A program made the position numbers and the translations under genes. The notes beneath the pieces are model-generated. The model was not told where the DNA came from. It saw only the letters and a list, made by a program, of their open reading frames with translations, and did not search any database. Below are positions 62,033 through 64,000 of a stretch of DNA of 64,000 bases, one piece after another. Position 1 is the first letter of the stretch. Each line of letters begins with the position of its first letter. The stretch comes from Treponema sp. UBA1233 (GTDB lineage Bacteria; Spirochaetota; Spirochaetia; Treponematales; Treponemataceae): NCBI GenBank assembly GCA_002309305.1, contig DBWR01000070.1, positions 87,121 to 151,120 on the forward strand, given 5' to 3'.

Positions 62033-62748
62033 AGCGGTACGGCTCCATATCTGCGGTTTCTGTGCTGGAATCGAACAATGTCGTCATAAAACGCCTGCTT
62101 GTCATAATCCGGCCATAGTATATCAGAAAAAATCAGTTCTGCATAGGCTGACTGCCACATCAGGAAATTACTCAGCCTCTGCTCTCCGCCCGTACGGATG
62201 ATGAGGTCCGCATCGGGAAGGTCCGGCTGGTCGAACAATCTGGAAAAATCCTTTTCGGTGACGGATTCTGGATTTATATCATTGAAACTTAGTTTTTTTA
62301 CGGCACGTATGATTTCATCCCTTCCACCGTAGTTAATCGCAAGACAAATTGACATTCCGTCAAAAGATTTCGTGTCTTTTTCTGCCTCAAGTATGTCGTC
62401 CTGAACCTGTTTGGGCAGGCCGCTCCTGTCGCCGATAAGACGGACACGCAGGTGGTTCTTGCGGTAAAAGTCCAGTTCCTGCCGTATGTGAGAGTGGATC
62501 AGCCCCATGAGGAAACCGGTCTCTTCCTGTGTACGCTTCCAGTTTTCAGTTGAAAAAACATATAGAGTCAGATAGCGGATTCCCAGATCAGATGCAGCCT
62601 TGGTTATTTCCTTGGCACGCTTCAATCCCTCTGTGTGGCCGAATGTACGAACTTGATTTTGTTTCTTGGCCCATCTGCCGTTTCCGTCCATTATTATGCC
62701 GACATGAACGGGCAGGGCAGACGGGTCTATCAAAGAATTGGAATCCAC
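62029..62748 (-). CDS. uppS: Undecaprenyl diphosphate synthase
   Basis: IMDGNGRW, FSTENWKR, NYGGR, RTGGEQRLSNF. Confidence 0.96.
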   Translation of the reverse strand: MDSNSLIDPSALPVHVGIIMDGNGRWAKKQNQVRTFGHTEGLKRAKEITKAASDLGIRYLTLYVFSTENWKRTQEETGFLMGLIHSHIRQELDFYRKNHLRVRLIGDRSGLPKQVQDDILEAEKDTKSFDGMSICLAINYGGRDEIIRAVKKLSFNDINPESVTEKDFSRLFDQPDLPDADLIIRTGGEQRLSNFLMWQSAYAELIFSDILWPDYDKQAFYDDIVRFQHRNRRYGAVPL

Positions 62749-62753
62749 GGGGT

Positions 62754-63293
62754 TTAGTCCATTATTTCCTTTTCTTTGGCTTCATAAACCTTGTTGATTT
62801 CGTCAATGTACTTGTCAGTAAGTTTCTGAAGCTTGTCAGTTTCTGTTTTCAGCTGGTCTTCGGTGATTTCACCTGCCTTCTGCTGCTTTTTAAGGTCATC
62901 GTTTCCGTCACGCCTGATGTTGCGGATGGTTGTCCTGTAGTTTTCTGCTGTTGCCTTTGCCTGTTTTACAAGTTCCTTGCGGCGGTCGGCTGTTAGCGGG
63001 GGAATTGCAATGCGGATTACCTTACCGTCGTTGCTTGGGTTGAGTCCCAGTTCTGCCTTCTGGATGGCCTTTTCGATGTCGGAGATAAGGGACTTGTCGA
63101 ACGGTGATATGACTACCATGCGGGCTTCCGGAATGGAAATGGTTCCGACTTGAGCCAGTGGTGTTGGAGTGCCGTAATAGTCTACGCGAACTTTGTCAAA
63201 AATAGAAGCACTTGCACGTCCTGTGCGGATTGTGTTGTATTCTTCCTTAAGTGCATTAACAGTTTTTTCCATGCGGCTTTCATTATCTGCCAT
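62754..63293 (-). CDS. frr: Ribosome recycling factor
   Basis: IRTGRAS, YYGTPTPL, NDGKVIR, IRNIRRD. Confidence 0.97.
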   Translation of the reverse strand: MADNESRMEKTVNALKEEYNTIRTGRASASIFDKVRVDYYGTPTPLAQVGTISIPEARMVVISPFDKSLISDIEKAIQKAELGLNPSNDGKVIRIAIPPLTADRRKELVKQAKATAENYRTTIRNIRRDGNDDLKKQQKAGEITEDQLKTETDKLQKLTDKYIDEINKVYEAKEKEIMD

Positions 63294-63323
63294 AATTTCC
63301 CCCTAAAATACTTGTAAAAATTT

Positions 63324-63391
63324 AAAAAACAAGGCTGTCCTCACCATTGCCGTCAAGATTGAAGCATGATGCGGGCAGCCCCTTTGTTTTT
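63324..63391. terminator. Long imperfect hairpin between tsf and frr with A/T-rich tails on both sides
   Basis: AAAAAACAAGGCTGTCC ... GGGCAGCCCCTTTGTTTTT. Confidence 0.5.
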
Positions 63392-64000
63392 AGTTACCGA
63401 GAATCAAAAGATTGACGTCACCGAATGAAAGCTGTGAACCAACTTCCTTTCCAATTTCGTCAAGTTTCTGAGTAACGGTCTTTTTGTCATCCTTTACAAA
63501 AGCCTGGTCTACAAAACAGATTTCTGCAAGGTGCTTTTTGATTTTTCCGTTAAGGATGTTTTCCTTTACATTTTCCGGCTTTGATGAATCCTTTGGATCA
63601 TTTGCCATCTGTGTGCGGAAGATTTCCTTCTGTTCGTCGATGTAGCTCTGTGGAACGTCAGACTGCTTAAGGTATGCGGGAGTAAATGCAACGAGGTGCA
63701 TGCAGCAGTCACGTGCAAATTCCTTTACCTTGTCGTCTGTTGAACCCTTTACTACAGTAATGGCGGCAGTCTTGAAGTCTGTGTGGACATAAGTGCCTGA
63801 TACTGCATCAGCTGGAACTTCAACAACTGTGATCTTGCTTACAGACATGTTTTCACCAGTCTTTGCTGCAAATCCCATCAGAATGTCTGAAAGTTCCGGA
63901 ACAACTTCCGTATATCCCTTTTCGAATACCAAGTCAAGAATCTTTTCACCGCATCCGATGAATTCTTCGTTCTTGGCAACAAAGTCTGTCTCACAAACAA
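63390..64000 (-). CDS. tsf: Elongation factor Ts, partial (5' end outside the window)
   Basis: Frame stays open beyond the listed ORF and contains CETDFVAKN; also KPENVKENILNGK and QAFVKDD. Confidence 0.95.
   Translation of the reverse strand, partial: VCETDFVAKNEEFIGCGEKILDLVFEKGYTEVVPELSDILMGFAAKTGENMSVSKITVVEVPADAVSGTYVHTDFKTAAITVVKGSTDDKVKEFARDCCMHLVAFTPAYLKQSDVPQSYIDEQKEIFRTQMANDPKDSSKPENVKENILNGKIKKHLAEICFVDQAFVKDDKKTVTQKLDEIGKEVGSQLSFGDVNLLILGN

Noticed and set aside
63293-63390. pyrH missing between tsf and frr
   Set aside because: This order is the usual Treponema arrangement; useful for taxonomy but not novel.

Overview
Bacterial chromosome segment, most likely a gut/rumen Treponema-like spirochaete (inferred from the tsf-frr-uppS-cdsA-dxr-rseP order without pyrH and a T. 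denticola-type phosphonate cluster). About 1-46 kb is a mosaic surface-glycan locus: a YidC-like gene cut by the window edge, a GtrA/GT2/YdjC/GT-C cassette, a three-gene 2-aminoethylphosphonate pathway, split rml genes (rfbA/rfbC at 10 kb, rfbB/rfbD at 44-46 kb), a NusG paralogue facing away from a long structured leader of gmd-fcl-wzm-wzt, nucleotide-sugar genes, many glycosyltransferases, two CotH-kinase lipoproteins, a Bacteroidetes-type HU, an orphan AAA ATPase and a decayed IS. About 46-64 kb is housekeeping DNA (coaD, rpmF, acpP, rnc, tRNA-Gly, comEC, rsmA, yggS, two RluA-family synthases, tRNA-Leu, rseP, dxr, cdsA, uppS, frr, tsf). Most notable: a four-helix-bundle gene bracketed by mutually inverted heptamer arrays between gmd and fcl; an unlisted 57-aa ORF plus GNAT pair with a perfect promoter between wzm and wzt; an Lgm/Nax-like amino-sugar cassette next to phosphonate genes; and recurrent leaderless-type promoters. 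Family assignments come from motif recognition only; no database search was run.
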